Shown here piece after piece: positions 10,801 through 18,104 of a stretch of DNA of 64,000 nucleotides (its first letter is position 1; each line of letters opens with the position of its first letter). This DNA comes from Pontiella sp. (GTDB lineage: Bacteria > Verrucomicrobiota > Kiritimatiellia > Kiritimatiellales > Pontiellaceae), in the NCBI GenBank assembly GCA_050290185.1, contig JBNKHE010000009.1:135031-199030 (forward strand). The letters run 5' to 3'. The position numbers and the translations under genes are program-made. The notes under the pieces are model-generated. The model ran no database searches. It saw only the letters and a program-made list of their open reading frames with translations, and had not been told where the DNA came from.

Positions 10801-11862
10801 ACCATAGTCCCAGGAGTTTCCCAGGTTTTGGCCGCTGTCGGAAAAGTTGCCGCTTCCGTCATTCAGCCAGACCCGGCTGGCCTGACCGTTGTTCGACACG
10901 AAAGCATCGAGGTCGCCGTCGCCATCCACATCGCCCAAGCTCACGCCATAGCTGCTGTTATTGCCCAGGCTTTGGCCGTTGCCGGAAAAGTTTCCGCTGC
11001 CGTCATTCAGCCACACCCGGTTTCCTATACCATAGCCCGTCGCAAAGGCATCAAGGTCGCCGTCGCCGTCCAGATCGCCCAGATCCACACCAAAGCAGGT
11101 ATCATTTCCCAGTCTGTTGCCGCTATCGGAAAAGTTTCCGTTGCCGTCATTCAGCCAGACGACCTCCGGTCCACTTCCGGTCGCCACAAAGGCATCGAGG
11201 TCGCCGTCGCCGTCTACGTCACCCAGGCTTACGCCATAGCTGTCGTAGCTGCCCAGACTTTGGCCGCTATCGGAAAAGGTTCCGCTGCCGTTGTTCAGCC
11301 AGACCCGATCCCCCTGACCGATGTTCGCCACGAAGGCATCGAGATCACCGTCGCCATCCACATCGCCCAGGCTCACGCCTTGGCTCGAGTAGCTTCCCAG
11401 GCTGTTGCCGCTGTCCCGGAAGTTGCCAGTGCCGCCCGGCACCCCGATCGCAAACTGGAAGGTATACGGATTATCGAGCGCGTTGGTCGCCACGCTTTGC
11501 AGGTTGGTTGTCAAGGTCACGGATACCACTTCGCCCACATTGAAGTCGTTGGTCGGGTCAAAGCTGATGACATTGCCGGCGACTCCATAACTGCCGGCGA
11601 TCCGGCCGGAGAATGAGCCCATCACGCTGATCGTGTTCGAAACCACTGATCCGGCTTCCAGGCCTTCGCTGAAGCTCACTTCAATGCTGGAGTTGGCGAG
11701 TGCAGCAATGGCGTTCGCATCGGGGTTGAGGTTGGTGACAGTCAGGATGGTGTCGGCCCAGCTGGCCGATCCCGCGACGAGTGCCGAGGCCAGAACAAGC
11801 CGCGCGCGGGACAGGAGTGTGCAAATCAAGGATTGAGACAAGGATCTTGTTGTGTTTTTCAT
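4825..11862 (-). CDS. Giant secreted FG-GAP/VCBS beta-propeller, cadherin and Ig-like repeat protein (2345 aa)
   Basis: Signal peptide; three blocks of LGDVDGDGDLDAFVAN repeats, each preceded by an Ig-like domain; two cadherin-like units (FDYETKTNYSIRV); C-terminal DSDGDG...W...Y...NDL...FYRI module. Confidence 0.9.
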   Translation of the reverse strand: MKNTTRSLSQSLICTLLSRARLVLASALVAGSASWADTILTVTNLNPDANAIAALANSSIEVSFSEGLEAGSVVSNTISVMGSFSGRIAGSYGVAGNVISFDPTNDFNVGEVVSVTLTTNLQSVATNALDNPYTFQFAIGVPGGTGNFRDSGNSLGSYSSQGVSLGDVDGDGDLDAFVANIGQGDRVWLNNGSGTFSDSGQSLGSYDSYGVSLGDVDGDGDLDAFVATGSGPEVVWLNDGNGNFSDSGNRLGNDTCFGVDLGDLDGDGDLDAFATGYGIGNRVWLNDGSGNFSGNGQSLGNNSSYGVSLGDVDGDGDLDAFVSNNGQASRVWLNDGSGNFSDSGQNLGNSWDYGVSLGDVDGDGDLDAFAAVYGQGNQIWLNNGSGSFSDSGQNLGSYNSFAVNLGDVDGDGDLDAFVINGSQANRAWLNNGSGTFTDSGQNLGSAKSRCAGLGDVDGDGDLDAFVANYTQANRVWLNNSLPTDVNLSSGSVAENQAIGTVVGTFSTTDADSGDTPTYSLVAGTGSDDNGSFTINGDQLKTAASFDYETKTNYSIRVQTADGHGGTYEEAFTVTITDVDEIPPTLTGFIRNTPATSPVNADTLVFDITFNEPVTNVDAAAFTITGTTATGVLAGSGTAYTLTVSGGDLSSLNGTVGLNLNSEQNITDLAGNALPAGEPSTDETYQLDNTVPTLTAFARNTPATNPTDADSLVFDITFDEPVVNVDASDFTITGTTATGVLAGSGTAYTLTVSGGDLADLTGTAGLNLAAGQNITDTVGNALPAGEPATDETYTLDNTAPTVTSIVRADADPTWSTSVVFTVMFSEPVSDIEPGDFALALTGSASGTIESVSAASGSSVTVTVNGVSPYGTLGLNFDPSALDSVLDALGHPATADFTGETYTVTAHPVVTSHVPDNNALDVATGSTVAVTFNVDMAQSSFDDGSTFNVNGSLSGKIQGMFSGDGTPTITYQPTNGFRPGETVSVVLTTGLQSSLGADPVAPYAFEFVVGAPSGSGLFAATTNSLGSSQSVSANLGDLDGDGDLDAFVANAAQGNRVWLNDGHGSFADHGQALGTYNSYGASLGDVDGDGDLDAFVANYSQPNRVWLNDGNGTFSDSGQSLGSSYSMTVRLGDLDGDGDLDAFVANQGQGNKVWLNDGNGNFSDSGQSLGSTYSQDVRLGDVDGDGDLDVFVANYNGEANRVWLNDGNGTFSDSGQALGTSGSYAVSLGDLDGDGDLDAFVANYSQPNRVWLNNGSGSFTDSGQSLGGNTSVGVNLADVDGDGDLDAFVANYGQANRIWLNDGSGSFSLSANSLGNSISYGAGLGDLDDDGDIDAFVANYGQANRVWLNNYSPTSLTLSTNSVAENEATGTVVGTFSTADTDANDTHTYSLVAGTGSGGNASFTIDGDQLKTAASFDYETQTNYSIRVQTDDGHSGTYQKVFTVSVTDVDDTPPTLISITRKTPSTNPTAANTLVFDITFDEPVVYVDMEDFTITGTTATGVLAGSGTAYTITLSGGDLADFDGTVGLDLTDGQYILDAAGNPLPDSEPATDETYEVDNTPPMLIAFARNTPAESLTAADTLVFDITFNEPVKYVDPTDYTITGTTATGIQSGSGASYTLTLSGGDLAALNGTVGLDLNAGAGITDLAGNVLQVSGEPATDETYTLDNTAPTVTSIVRADANPTWSTSVVFTVTFSEPVTDIETGDFALALTGSASGTIDDVSSASGSSVSVTVNGVSPGGTLGLDFSHDALDSVLDAAGNPAATDFTGETYTVVAQPVVTAHVPDSNALGVATGSTIAVTFNMNMAQSPFDDDSTFNVNGSLSGRFFGMFSGDGTPTITFHPYNGFKPGETVNVVLTKDLYSSDGAPMPAPYAFQFRVGALGGSGSFADSGNSLGSAQSQDVSLGDLDGDGDLDAFVANFDQPSRVWLNDGSGTFTSSSQSLGYAPSVGVCLGDLDSDGDLDAFVAAFAQRNRIWLNDGNGNFADSGQDLGSYNSNDVSLGDVDGDGDLDAFVANFAEPNRVWLNDGNGNFSDSGQSLGSSYSMTVSLGDVDGDGDLDAFEANHGAQANRVWLNDGNGNFADSGQSLGSSSSVDVNLGDVDGDGDLDAFVANNQANRVWLNDGNGNFADSGNTLGTSDSYNVKLGDLDGDGDLDAITANRDQANRVWLNDGSGSFSDNGQSLGSSESRGVSLGDLDGDGDIDAFVANYNQANRIWLNADTPVDSDGDGLPDEWELRYFLDPTNAVAGADSDLDGQSNFEEYMAGMDPTNSTSFFATSLSITNPAGFVVSWTAVTGRTYSVYWNNDLTNGFPSATVSNLVYPQNSWTDTVHAAETKSFYRIGVQLSE

Positions 11863-12215
11863 TTGTTATTCTCCATTCATAAAATTGACGCATGGGCGAA
11901 AATTTCAGCCAATTCGTAATTTGGGGCAAGCCCGTCTAAACGCGCGATAGCGTGTATCTGCGCGCTGCAGAAAAGCGCTGCCGTGGTCACGCGGAGCACG
12001 GAATTCATTTGTTCATTTCAAGGTTGTGATGATTCCCCTTGTAGGTTGAATTAAGCACGATCGATCTTTAATAAATCACCTATTCCAAGGTAAGTCAATT
12101 GATCACATTTGTGCAGTTTCAACCTTGCTGTCATTTGCAAGAAGGCAGGAGCACAGGAAATGCACATGATTTAGAGATCTATGGCGTAGCCGTTCCGCTG
12201 CTTGTTTTTAGACAC

Positions 12216-12249
12216 CTTAATCTTCGCTTAAGGTTCGCCGTGCTAGCTT
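12216..12249 (+). promoter_or_regulatory. Direct-repeat regulator box plus extended -10 element
   Basis: CTTAATCTTCGCTTAAGGTTCGCCGTGCTAGCTT, 33 nt before the ATG at 12282. Confidence 0.75.
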
Positions 12250-12281
12250 CCGTGCATGGTGAATGGAAAAAGGAGTCGAAA

Positions 12282-15200
12282 ATGAAAAAGGGTTTGGTTT
12301 TTCTTTGCTCGCTGCTGGCGACAAGTCATGTGTTTGCACAACTCTCAATTACGGCGGTGAGTCCTGATCAGGCGGATCCGGGCACGACGGGTTTGATGGT
12401 GACGTTCACGTTGCCGAACTCTACGCCGCCGACTCCTCCAGTCGAAATCAGTCCGGACAGTGTGATGATCGGTTCGCTGGTTGGAAAATCCGTTAACCGG
12501 CCCAGCCTGGATACAGTAACGGCGGTTTTTGATATTCCGGCGGGCGAGGCCGTGGGCGCGAAGGATTGCACCGTTACGTTCACCACACCGATGGGTACGA
12601 CCGTGTTTACGAAAACCGGCGGGTTTACGGTCGGAGCCGCGGCGGTCGATGTCTACACCAACGGGCCGCCGGCATCGGGCTACAACCTGTTCAGCCCGCT
12701 GACATCGACCAACACCTATCTGATGGATAACGACGACAACATCGTGAAGACGTGGTCGAGCAGCTACAACCCCGGCCAGTCGGTCTATCTGCTCGACGAC
12801 GGCTCGCTGCTGCGCCCGGCCAACACGGGCAGCACGAATTTTAACACGGGTGGTTGCGCCGGACGCGTGGAGCAGTACGACTGGGTCGGCAATCTGACCT
12901 GGGCCTATGATTACGACACGACGGAGCATCGCTCGCATCACGATGTCCGGATGTTGCCCAACGGCCATGTCCTGATGATTGCCTGGGAGAAAAAGACGGA
13001 GACCGAGGCGGTAAACCTCGGGCGCAATCCGAGCCTGCTGAACGACGGCGAGCTGTGGCCCGATTCCATCATCGAGGTGGCACCGACCGGCAGCTACGGC
13101 GGGACGATTGTCTGGGAATGGCATGCGTGGGATCATCTGATCCAGGATTACTTTCCACTTGCCGCAAACTATGGCGTGGTGGCCGACCATCCCGAGTTGA
13201 TTGATCTGAACTATGGATCCGGCAACAGTGCGGACTGGCTGCATATCAATTCCATCGACTACAACGCGGAACGCGACCAGATTCTGCTCAGTGTTCACAA
13301 CTTCAGTGAAATCTGGGTGATCGACCACAGCACCACGACAGCCGAAGCCGCCGGTTCCGCGGGCGATCTGCTCTATCGCTGGGGTAATCCGGCGGCCTAT
13401 GATTCCGGCACGTCCACCGACCAGCAGCTTTTTGCGCAGCACAACGCCCACTGGATTGGCGACGGATTGCCGGGTGCGGGCGATATCCTGATCTTCAACA
13501 ACGGGCAGAACCGTCCCGGCGGCGATTATTCCTCCGTCGACGAAATCGTTCCGCCGGTGGCGCCCGACGGTAGCTACACGAATGGTCTGCCGCTGGCTCC
13601 GGTCTGGACTTATACGAATTCCGTGGCCACCAATTTTTATGCGGATCATATCTCCGGAGCGCAGCGTCTGAAAAATGGCAACACCCTGATCTGTGAAGGA
13701 ACCGAGGGCTATGTGTTTGAGGTGACTTCCGACGGTGGACTTGTCTGGGATTATACGGATAACGGCAACCTGTTCCGCTTCGAACGCTATGCGCCCGACT
13801 TTGCCGGGTTCGACAACACCGAGCTGGCGCTGCCGACGGTACCGTATGCGGTGGTGGACACGCACCAAACCACGTTCTTCGATACGTCCAGCGAAATCAC
13901 CGAACCCGCCACCAACGACGTATTGCATGGGCAGGATGCCGGCCATGCCGGCAACCAGCCATGCTACGAAATCAGCCCCGACGGTCTGACGGTCTACGAC
14001 TATAACACCGGCCTGACCTGGACGCGTTCGCCGGATTGGAACGCAGACGGTACGATTGACATCAACGATAAGATGACCCAGTCCGAGGCCTCAACGTATG
14101 TCGACACGGTCAATGCAGCGAGCTTTGGCGGCCATAGCGATTGGCGTCTGCCAACCATCAAGGAGATGTATTCCCTGATGGACTTCCGCGGAACGGATCC
14201 GATGAGCGACGATACTTCCACGCTCGTTCCGTTCATCGATTCCGACTATTTTGAATTTGCCTGGGGCGACACCAATGCCGGCGAGCGCACGATCGATTCG
14301 CAGGTGGCGACCTCCACGCTCAACCAGGATCCGGTCATGGGCGGCGGAATTCAAACCATGCCAGGCCTGAACATTGTAGACGGCCGCATCAAAGGCTATC
14401 CGATCACCAAGGACTTCCTGGTCTACTATTGTCGCGGCAACACGAGCTATGGAGTCAACGATTTTGAAGACAATGGCGACGGCACCGTCACCGACCATGC
14501 GACCGGCCTGATGTGGCAGCAGAACGACAGCGGAGCCGGAATGCTTTGGGCCGACGCGTTGGATTACGCGCAGGCGATGAACGCCTCCAACTATCTGGGC
14601 CATAGCGACTGGCGACTGCCCAATGCCAAGGAGCTCCATTCCATTCTAGACTACAATCTGGAGCCGACGACCGACGGCTCGGCATCGATTGACCCAATCT
14701 TCACCTGCACCACGATCACCAACGAAGGCGGAGCGGTCGATTGGCCGTGGTATTTCACCGGCACCACCCACATCCAGCAGGATGGCGGGGCATCGCACGC
14801 CGTGTATGTCTGCTTCGGACGGGCGATGGGATATTTCAATAGTGTCTGGGAAGACGTCCACGGCTCCGGCGCCCAGCGCAGCGAACTGAAGACCTACGAC
14901 ACCGCGGGCTACACCTACATCCCCGACGGCTGGTACTTCACCACGTCCCCGCAGGGCGATGCCGCGCGCTGGTACAACTATGTCCGCCTTGTGCGCGACG
15001 CCGAGCTGACGGCGGTGGACACCACACCGGTCGTTGGCATCACAACCACGAATCAGACCGTGGCGTATGCCGTGACGGAGTTCTCGATCAGTGGAACGAA
15101 TAATGAATGGGTCGTTGGAAGTCTCGTTTGGAGCAATGAATTGACGGCAGCCAACGGAACGGTGGCGGTTTCGGGAACCAACTTCTCGATTGCATCCATT

Positions 15201-17132
15201 GCACTCGATACGGGCACGAACCGTATTGCCGTTACCGGCACCAATTCGCTGGGGATTGCGGCGAGCGATTCGGTGTCCATCGTGCGTGAATCGACTCCGG
15301 CCTATGCCAGTGTGATCTATGTGAATGCGAGTACACCGGCTGCTCCCGGCGCACAGGACGGAACAGCCTGGGCGACCGCATTCGAGGATCTGCAGGATGC
15401 GCTGGCCGTCGCGACCACGCAGGAAATCTGGGTGGCGGCCGGTGTTTACTATCCCGACGAAGCGGCGGCGGGCTTTGCAATGGTGACCAACGATTCCTCA
15501 GCCACCTTCACGTTGATCGATGGGATCTCCCTTTACGGCGGATTTGCGGGGGATGAAACCAATCTGTCGCAGCGGGATCCCGGGACACATTCCACGATTC
15601 TCAGCGGCGATATTGATCAGAATGATGCGGACGAGGGACTGGACATTCTGGAGTCGTATACCGGCATCGCAGGCACCAACAGCCTGCATGTCATCACGGT
15701 CGCCGAAGGAGTAGAATCGCTGGTGCTCGATGGGTTTATTGTAACGGCAGGTGACGCCGGCGGAACGGATGCGGAAGGAAAAGGGGCGGGCCTGTATGCC
15801 GCCGGCGGTACGTTTGAAATCCGTCAAATGGGGTTCTATGGAAACGCGGCCTACGAAAAAGGGGCGGGCCTGTTTGCTGATTCGGCGGATCTGGTGGTCT
15901 CAAACTGCACCTTTGCCGGAAACGGATCCTACCGTGGCGGGGGCATGCTGCTCAGCGGCGGTACATCCGAAGTCGTTTCCTGTACGTTCTCTGGAAACGC
16001 CGTTGTTATGGGGTTTAAGGGCGGCCATGAGCAGGGAGCAGGTATGATGATAGAAAACGGAGCCAGCGGAACGGTCAGGGCCTGCTCGATCATAAACAAT
16101 TCGGCCGATGATGACGGTGCCGGCTTATGCATCGACGCATCAGATATCACGGTTCAGGATTGCACGTTCAGAGGAAATGAAGCGACCTTCAACGGAGGTG
16201 CGGTTCTGGTGAATGCAGCGGAAGTCATCTTCATCAATCCGCTGATGACCGGCAACAAAGGCAATAATGGAGGGGCACTTCATGCGCGGAATTCGGGCTC
16301 GAAGGTGACACTGGTCAACGCATCGCTGTCAGGAAATCAGGCAAGGAGTCTGGGTGGTGCCATATTCAACAACAACACCTCTTCGGTAACGATCGAAAAC
16401 AGCATTATTTGGAACAACCAGAGTGACGGCGAAATCGCAACGAATACGGCTTCCGTGGTCAATCTAAATAGCAGCACCACTACGGTATACCATTGCCTGA
16501 TTGCCAACTCGGGCGGGAGTATAAACTGGGATGCCGGAATCGGGATCGACGGCGGAAATAATCTGGATGAAGATCCGCAATTCCTCGCCGGCATCAATCC
16601 TGCCACTGCACCGAATGAAAACGGTACGTTTAGCCTCTCGTATACATCGCCGGCCATTAACGCCGGAAGCAACGCGTTGGTTAACGTTTCGACCGATCTC
16701 GACGGCAACGCCCGCATCTACGACAGCATCGTCGACATGGGGTGCTACGAAGCAACCGACGACGGCTCGGACGCCGACGGCGACTCCCTGACCGACTACG
16801 CCGAAGGCGTGCACTATGGCTCCGATCCCGCTCTGGCCGACACTGATGGCGACGGTTCGGACGATGGCGACGAAGCCTTCATCGGCTCCGATCTAACGGA
16901 TGAAGGTTCTGTATTTTTGATTTCTATTCAGAATACAGGAGCCGATGAACTGACTCTCAGCTGGCCGACGTTCAAGTCCGGGCTTTTTTACGAGGTGTAT
17001 GCGACGACAAATCTTGTTTCAGGCGAATGGGAATACGTGGGAGCCACCAGCGCCAGCAACCTCACACGCACTGTCACCAACAACGTGATCTTCTGCCGGG
17101 TCGAGGTGATCGACGGCTCCGAAATGTTTTAA
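12282..17132 (+). CDS. Secreted multidomain protein: arylsulfotransferase(ASST)-like propeller, 2x DUF1566 (Lcl-C), Ig-like, beta-helix, C-terminal module
   Basis: Start moved to ATG 12282 (SD AGGAG, MKKGLVFLCS signal peptide); HHD, WEWHAWDH, DWLHINSIDY, QHNAHW, LKNGNTLI; DUF1566 motifs DYNTGLTW/DHATGLMW, DWRLP..KE, VRLVR; DLDGNARI...DMGCYE. Confidence 0.85.
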   Translation: MKKGLVFLCSLLATSHVFAQLSITAVSPDQADPGTTGLMVTFTLPNSTPPTPPVEISPDSVMIGSLVGKSVNRPSLDTVTAVFDIPAGEAVGAKDCTVTFTTPMGTTVFTKTGGFTVGAAAVDVYTNGPPASGYNLFSPLTSTNTYLMDNDDNIVKTWSSSYNPGQSVYLLDDGSLLRPANTGSTNFNTGGCAGRVEQYDWVGNLTWAYDYDTTEHRSHHDVRMLPNGHVLMIAWEKKTETEAVNLGRNPSLLNDGELWPDSIIEVAPTGSYGGTIVWEWHAWDHLIQDYFPLAANYGVVADHPELIDLNYGSGNSADWLHINSIDYNAERDQILLSVHNFSEIWVIDHSTTTAEAAGSAGDLLYRWGNPAAYDSGTSTDQQLFAQHNAHWIGDGLPGAGDILIFNNGQNRPGGDYSSVDEIVPPVAPDGSYTNGLPLAPVWTYTNSVATNFYADHISGAQRLKNGNTLICEGTEGYVFEVTSDGGLVWDYTDNGNLFRFERYAPDFAGFDNTELALPTVPYAVVDTHQTTFFDTSSEITEPATNDVLHGQDAGHAGNQPCYEISPDGLTVYDYNTGLTWTRSPDWNADGTIDINDKMTQSEASTYVDTVNAASFGGHSDWRLPTIKEMYSLMDFRGTDPMSDDTSTLVPFIDSDYFEFAWGDTNAGERTIDSQVATSTLNQDPVMGGGIQTMPGLNIVDGRIKGYPITKDFLVYYCRGNTSYGVNDFEDNGDGTVTDHATGLMWQQNDSGAGMLWADALDYAQAMNASNYLGHSDWRLPNAKELHSILDYNLEPTTDGSASIDPIFTCTTITNEGGAVDWPWYFTGTTHIQQDGGASHAVYVCFGRAMGYFNSVWEDVHGSGAQRSELKTYDTAGYTYIPDGWYFTTSPQGDAARWYNYVRLVRDAELTAVDTTPVVGITTTNQTVAYAVTEFSISGTNNEWVVGSLVWSNELTAANGTVAVSGTNFSIASIALDTGTNRIAVTGTNSLGIAASDSVSIVRESTPAYASVIYVNASTPAAPGAQDGTAWATAFEDLQDALAVATTQEIWVAAGVYYPDEAAAGFAMVTNDSSATFTLIDGISLYGGFAGDETNLSQRDPGTHSTILSGDIDQNDADEGLDILESYTGIAGTNSLHVITVAEGVESLVLDGFIVTAGDAGGTDAEGKGAGLYAAGGTFEIRQMGFYGNAAYEKGAGLFADSADLVVSNCTFAGNGSYRGGGMLLSGGTSEVVSCTFSGNAVVMGFKGGHEQGAGMMIENGASGTVRACSIINNSADDDGAGLCIDASDITVQDCTFRGNEATFNGGAVLVNAAEVIFINPLMTGNKGNNGGALHARNSGSKVTLVNASLSGNQARSLGGAIFNNNTSSVTIENSIIWNNQSDGEIATNTASVVNLNSSTTTVYHCLIANSGGSINWDAGIGIDGGNNLDEDPQFLAGINPATAPNENGTFSLSYTSPAINAGSNALVNVSTDLDGNARIYDSIVDMGCYEATDDGSDADGDSLTDYAEGVHYGSDPALADTDGDGSDDGDEAFIGSDLTDEGSVFLISIQNTGADELTLSWPTFKSGLFYEVYATTNLVSGEWEYVGATSASNLTRTVTNNVIFCRVEVIDGSEMF

Positions 17133-17151
17133 CCGGCGGACATTTGCGATG

Positions 17152-17191
17152 ACCACTTCTGTGGGAAAGGCTCCGCAGGAGTGGTGGTTTT
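17152..17191 (+). terminator. Probable intrinsic terminator
   Basis: ACCACTTCTGTGG...CCGCAGGAGTGGT hairpin followed by GGTTTT. Confidence 0.55.
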
Positions 17192-17206
17192 CGTGCGCTC
17201 TTCATC

Positions 17207-17240
17207 CTTAATCCCAACTTAAGGTTGCAGAGGTTAGGGT
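17207..17240 (+). promoter_or_regulatory. Direct-repeat regulator box plus -10 element
   Basis: CTTAATCCCAACTTAAGGTTGCAGAGGTTAGGGT, upstream of the PEP-CTERM gene. Confidence 0.72.
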
Positions 17241-17271
17241 GGCTGAAATTTAAAACAAAAGGAGACACTGC

Positions 17272-17994
17272 GTGAAAACAAAATTGAAATCAGCAGGTAG
17301 ACGCGGGTTGTCGTCGGGAGCGAAAATCGTTGTTCTGGGTTGTGTATTGGCCGCGTCATCGTCACGCGCATCACTTATTTCGCAAACGAGTACGCCGCTG
17401 GATGAATCCATTCTCGTTTCCGGGGCATTTTCGGATCCGCTGGCGGATGCACAGACCGTTGACGTGCTGTTCAACGACTATGCGTTTACGTTCGATCAGT
17501 TTGATCCGTCCCTCGGAACGCTGACCGATATCCGCATTTCCTACTATTTCAGCTATACGGCGTCGGCCACGGCAAATTCCCAACCCAATGAGGCGGACAA
17601 ATATCTATCTCTTTCGTTGCACTATAATGTTCAGTTCGAGGGGCCGGGAGGTTCTTTCGATGGTGATGGTAACGGGAGCAGCATAGGTTCCGGTACCGCC
17701 GGAGAAAGTCTGACGACTTCGGCAACGATCTCCGAGAATGATGCGTCTGTCTTCTATGATCCAATCTTTACGGATGTTCAAGGAACGGGAACCTATAATG
17801 TATCTGTGGCATTCATGGATGCCGATCAGAACGCCACCGTTCACGGTTACTTTACGGATTATGAGATCAAGCGCGACGCGGGCGCTTACTTTCAGATTGA
17901 TTATGAATACGAGGCCGTGCCGGAGCCGGCGGCTATTGCGCTCATATCCATGGCGGGTTGCGGGATGCTGGTCGCCAGACGCTTCATGATTTGA
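17272..17994 (+). CDS. PEP-CTERM exosortase substrate (choice-of-anchor E-like N-terminal domain)
   Basis: GTG start after AAGGAG; FDQFDPSLGTL; C-terminus VPEPAAIALISMAGCGMLVARRFMI (VPEP, TM helix, RR). Confidence 0.9.
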   Translation: MKTKLKSAGRRGLSSGAKIVVLGCVLAASSSRASLISQTSTPLDESILVSGAFSDPLADAQTVDVLFNDYAFTFDQFDPSLGTLTDIRISYYFSYTASATANSQPNEADKYLSLSLHYNVQFEGPGGSFDGDGNGSSIGSGTAGESLTTSATISENDASVFYDPIFTDVQGTGTYNVSVAFMDADQNATVHGYFTDYEIKRDAGAYFQIDYEYEAVPEPAAIALISMAGCGMLVARRFMI

Positions 17995-18041
17995 ATTCCC
18001 GGCACTGCATAATGCATTTTTTCGCCACGCATTCCTCTTCG

Positions 18042-18075
18042 CTTAATCCTGGCTTAAGGTTGCGTGTGGCAAGGT
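18042..18075 (+). promoter_or_regulatory. Direct-repeat regulator box plus -10 element
   Basis: CTTAATCCTGGCTTAAGGTTGCGTGTGGCAAGGT. Confidence 0.72.
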
Positions 18076-18104
18076 GCCCGCAATTCGACGAAGGAGTATG
18101 GATT

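Noticed and set aside
5200..11400. CRISPR-like periodic repeats (GTCGCCGTCGCC...)
   Set aside because: They are the in-frame coding repeats of FG-GAP blades; no cas genes are present.
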